Below, one piece after another: positions 58,506-59,414 of a stretch of DNA of 59,414 bases. This DNA is from Sphingobacteriia bacterium (lineage in GTDB: Bacteria > Bacteroidota > Bacteroidia > Bacteroidales > TTA-H9), in the NCBI GenBank assembly GCA_021286705.1, contig JAJTBW010000002.1, positions 1 to 59,414 on the forward strand, in the 5' to 3' direction. The translations under genes and the position numbers were made by a program. Under the pieces are notes generated by a model. It did no database searches. It worked only from the letters and a program-made list of their open reading frames with translations, and was not told where the DNA came from. Each line of letters begins with the position of its first letter. Position 1 is the first letter of the stretch.

Positions 58506-59006
58506 TTACATTTTTAGGCCCAGGATATTAAGCAAGAATACCAGTAGAACAAAGGCAAATGAAAGCAAGCCATATTTAATTTTATCTGCTTTCCCCCATT
58601 CCTCAAACTGTTCAAAATAACTTAAATACTTGTCTTTCTTAAAAACAAAAAAGTACGATAAAGCTACCGTCAAAATTCCACAAAATATAAAGTGGAGAGC
58701 GGATAGAGTAATATTTCCCGATAATAGCTTTAACAGAATATTAAGAGCTGCAAGAAAAAAGAAAAATAAGATTCCTAACATAGCCCCTCCGGCTACTATC
58801 ATACTTATTCCATATTCTTTATTTCCGAATGCCTTATCTATCTCTTTATAAATATCAATTCCCAACTTCTCATACCTTCTTTTCTGAAAAGGCAATTTAT
58901 GTATGAGAAGAAAAGGGTTTATTTTATTTGCAAATAGATGAAGTTTATAATCAGCTCTATAAAAGCAAAAGTGCAATACGTTTAAATAATTTTCTATCCT
59001 TTTCAT
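58506..59006 (-). CDS. four-TM membrane protein (immunity-like partner of the upstream glycine-zipper peptide)
   Basis: 166 aa. Hydrophobic segments at about 66-92, 98-122 and 142-163. The start codon overlaps the upstream stop by 1 nt (TGATG... context). Confidence 0.5.
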   Translation of the reverse strand: MKRIENYLNVLHFCFYRADYKLHLFANKINPFLLIHKLPFQKRRYEKLGIDIYKEIDKAFGNKEYGISMIVAGGAMLGILFFFFLAALNILLKLLSGNITLSALHFIFCGILTVALSYFFVFKKDKYLSYFEQFEEWGKADKIKYGLLSFAFVLLVFLLNILGLKM

Positions 59007-59401
59007 TATCTGTCGTGATAATAATTAACACTAATTTCTCCAACCTTATTACCAGTGAGACTTCCAGCATTTCCGCCAACAAATCCTCCAATAATGGCAT
59101 CTGGTACTGCTCCAACTCCACCAAACCAGGCCACTATTGCTGCTCCTAGAGCTACTTCGGCTTCTGCACCTGCCAATCCGCCTACAATTCTACCGGTTGC
59201 AGATGTGCCTGCTACATTTGCATTTTCCCATTCAGAAAAAGATAAGGCTTCAGTGGTGCCTTCAACATGTCTCAGTGCACCATTTGGGGCAACATCAAAT
59301 TCATACCAAGGGATAAAAGGATTATAAGTCCACACAAGACTCATGCAATTATTATAACTTAAAACCAGACATCGGGTTAAATGATACATCCTACTGCTCA
59401 T
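59006..59401 (-). CDS. small protein with C-terminal glycine-zipper region (bacteriocin/membrane-toxin-like)
   Basis: 131 aa. Its C-terminal half is rich in GxxxG/A repeats (GRIVGGLAGAEAEVALGAAIVAWFGGVGAVPDAIIGGFVGGNAGSLTG). An in-frame TAA three codons upstream of the ATG closes the ORF inside the window. Confidence 0.5.
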   Translation of the reverse strand: MSSRMYHLTRCLVLSYNNCMSLVWTYNPFIPWYEFDVAPNGALRHVEGTTEALSFSEWENANVAGTSATGRIVGGLAGAEAEVALGAAIVAWFGGVGAVPDAIIGGFVGGNAGSLTGNKVGEISVNYYHDR

Positions 59402-59413
59402 TTTATCTTAGCC
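59295..59413 (-). repeat. 119-bp direct repeat, copy 2 (runs to the window edge)
   Basis: See copy 1. Similarity continues to the last bases of the window, so the true repeat length is unknown. Confidence 0.85.
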
Positions 59414-59414
59414 A

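Noticed and set aside
1-59414. Search by eye for rRNA, tRNA, tmRNA, RNase P, prophage structural genes and tyrosine or serine recombinases
   Set aside because: I found no tRNA-like T-arm/acceptor patterns or rRNA signatures in the intergenic regions. No ORF has recombinase or phage capsid/tail/terminase motifs. An eye search is weak for RNAs, so tRNAscan or Rfam should confirm this.

Overview
The window is a Bacteroidota-type chromosome segment. Support: TAnnTTTG -7 promoter motifs upstream of several genes, a short 287-aa primary sigma factor, a T9SS-type C-terminal sorting domain, and a fused FeoA-FeoB. Positions 1-43.4 kb are ordinary housekeeping DNA. They carry nucleotide-sugar genes (ugd, UDP-glucuronate decarboxylase, rfbD, phosphohexomutase) and feoAB. 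They also carry a minus-strand acyl-CoA cluster (crotonase, 3-hydroxyacyl-CoA dehydrogenase, thiolase-like, FabK-like, hydrolase, acyl-CoA dehydrogenase, etfBA). The remaining genes are rpe, an S41 peptidase, radC, rpsT, nnr, a LytTR response regulator, rpoD, pnp, rpsO, ffh, folD, queE and an OmpA-family protein. I found no rRNA, tRNA or CRISPR array. The accessory part starts right after the stop of an ICMT-family methyltransferase gene (43403). From 43.4 to 57.9 kb, 13 AT-rich minus-strand ORFs are split into six blocks by six GC-rich imperfect palindromes of 78-136 bp. Each palindrome has TAAC...GTTA termini, a fixed arm asymmetry and shared arm motifs, and each lies 6-27 nt downstream of a stop codon. 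I read this as an integron-type cassette array with attC-like sites and no integrase gene in the window. The cassettes carry defence-like cargo. They include a DUF4062-type protein, small membrane proteins, a 165-aa unknown, and an Abi-alpha-like protein. One 9.5 kb block carries a whole type I R-M operon with a DUF262/DUF1524 (GmrSD-like) gene and a YgjP-type metallopeptidase. Another is an uncharacterised three-gene block with two membrane proteins. The promoter-proximal end of the array abuts a truncated transposase fragment. Beyond it lies a glycine-zipper peptide plus 4-TM protein pair, whose 5' module is duplicated as a 119-bp direct repeat. All family assignments come from motifs read by eye. 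No database search was run.
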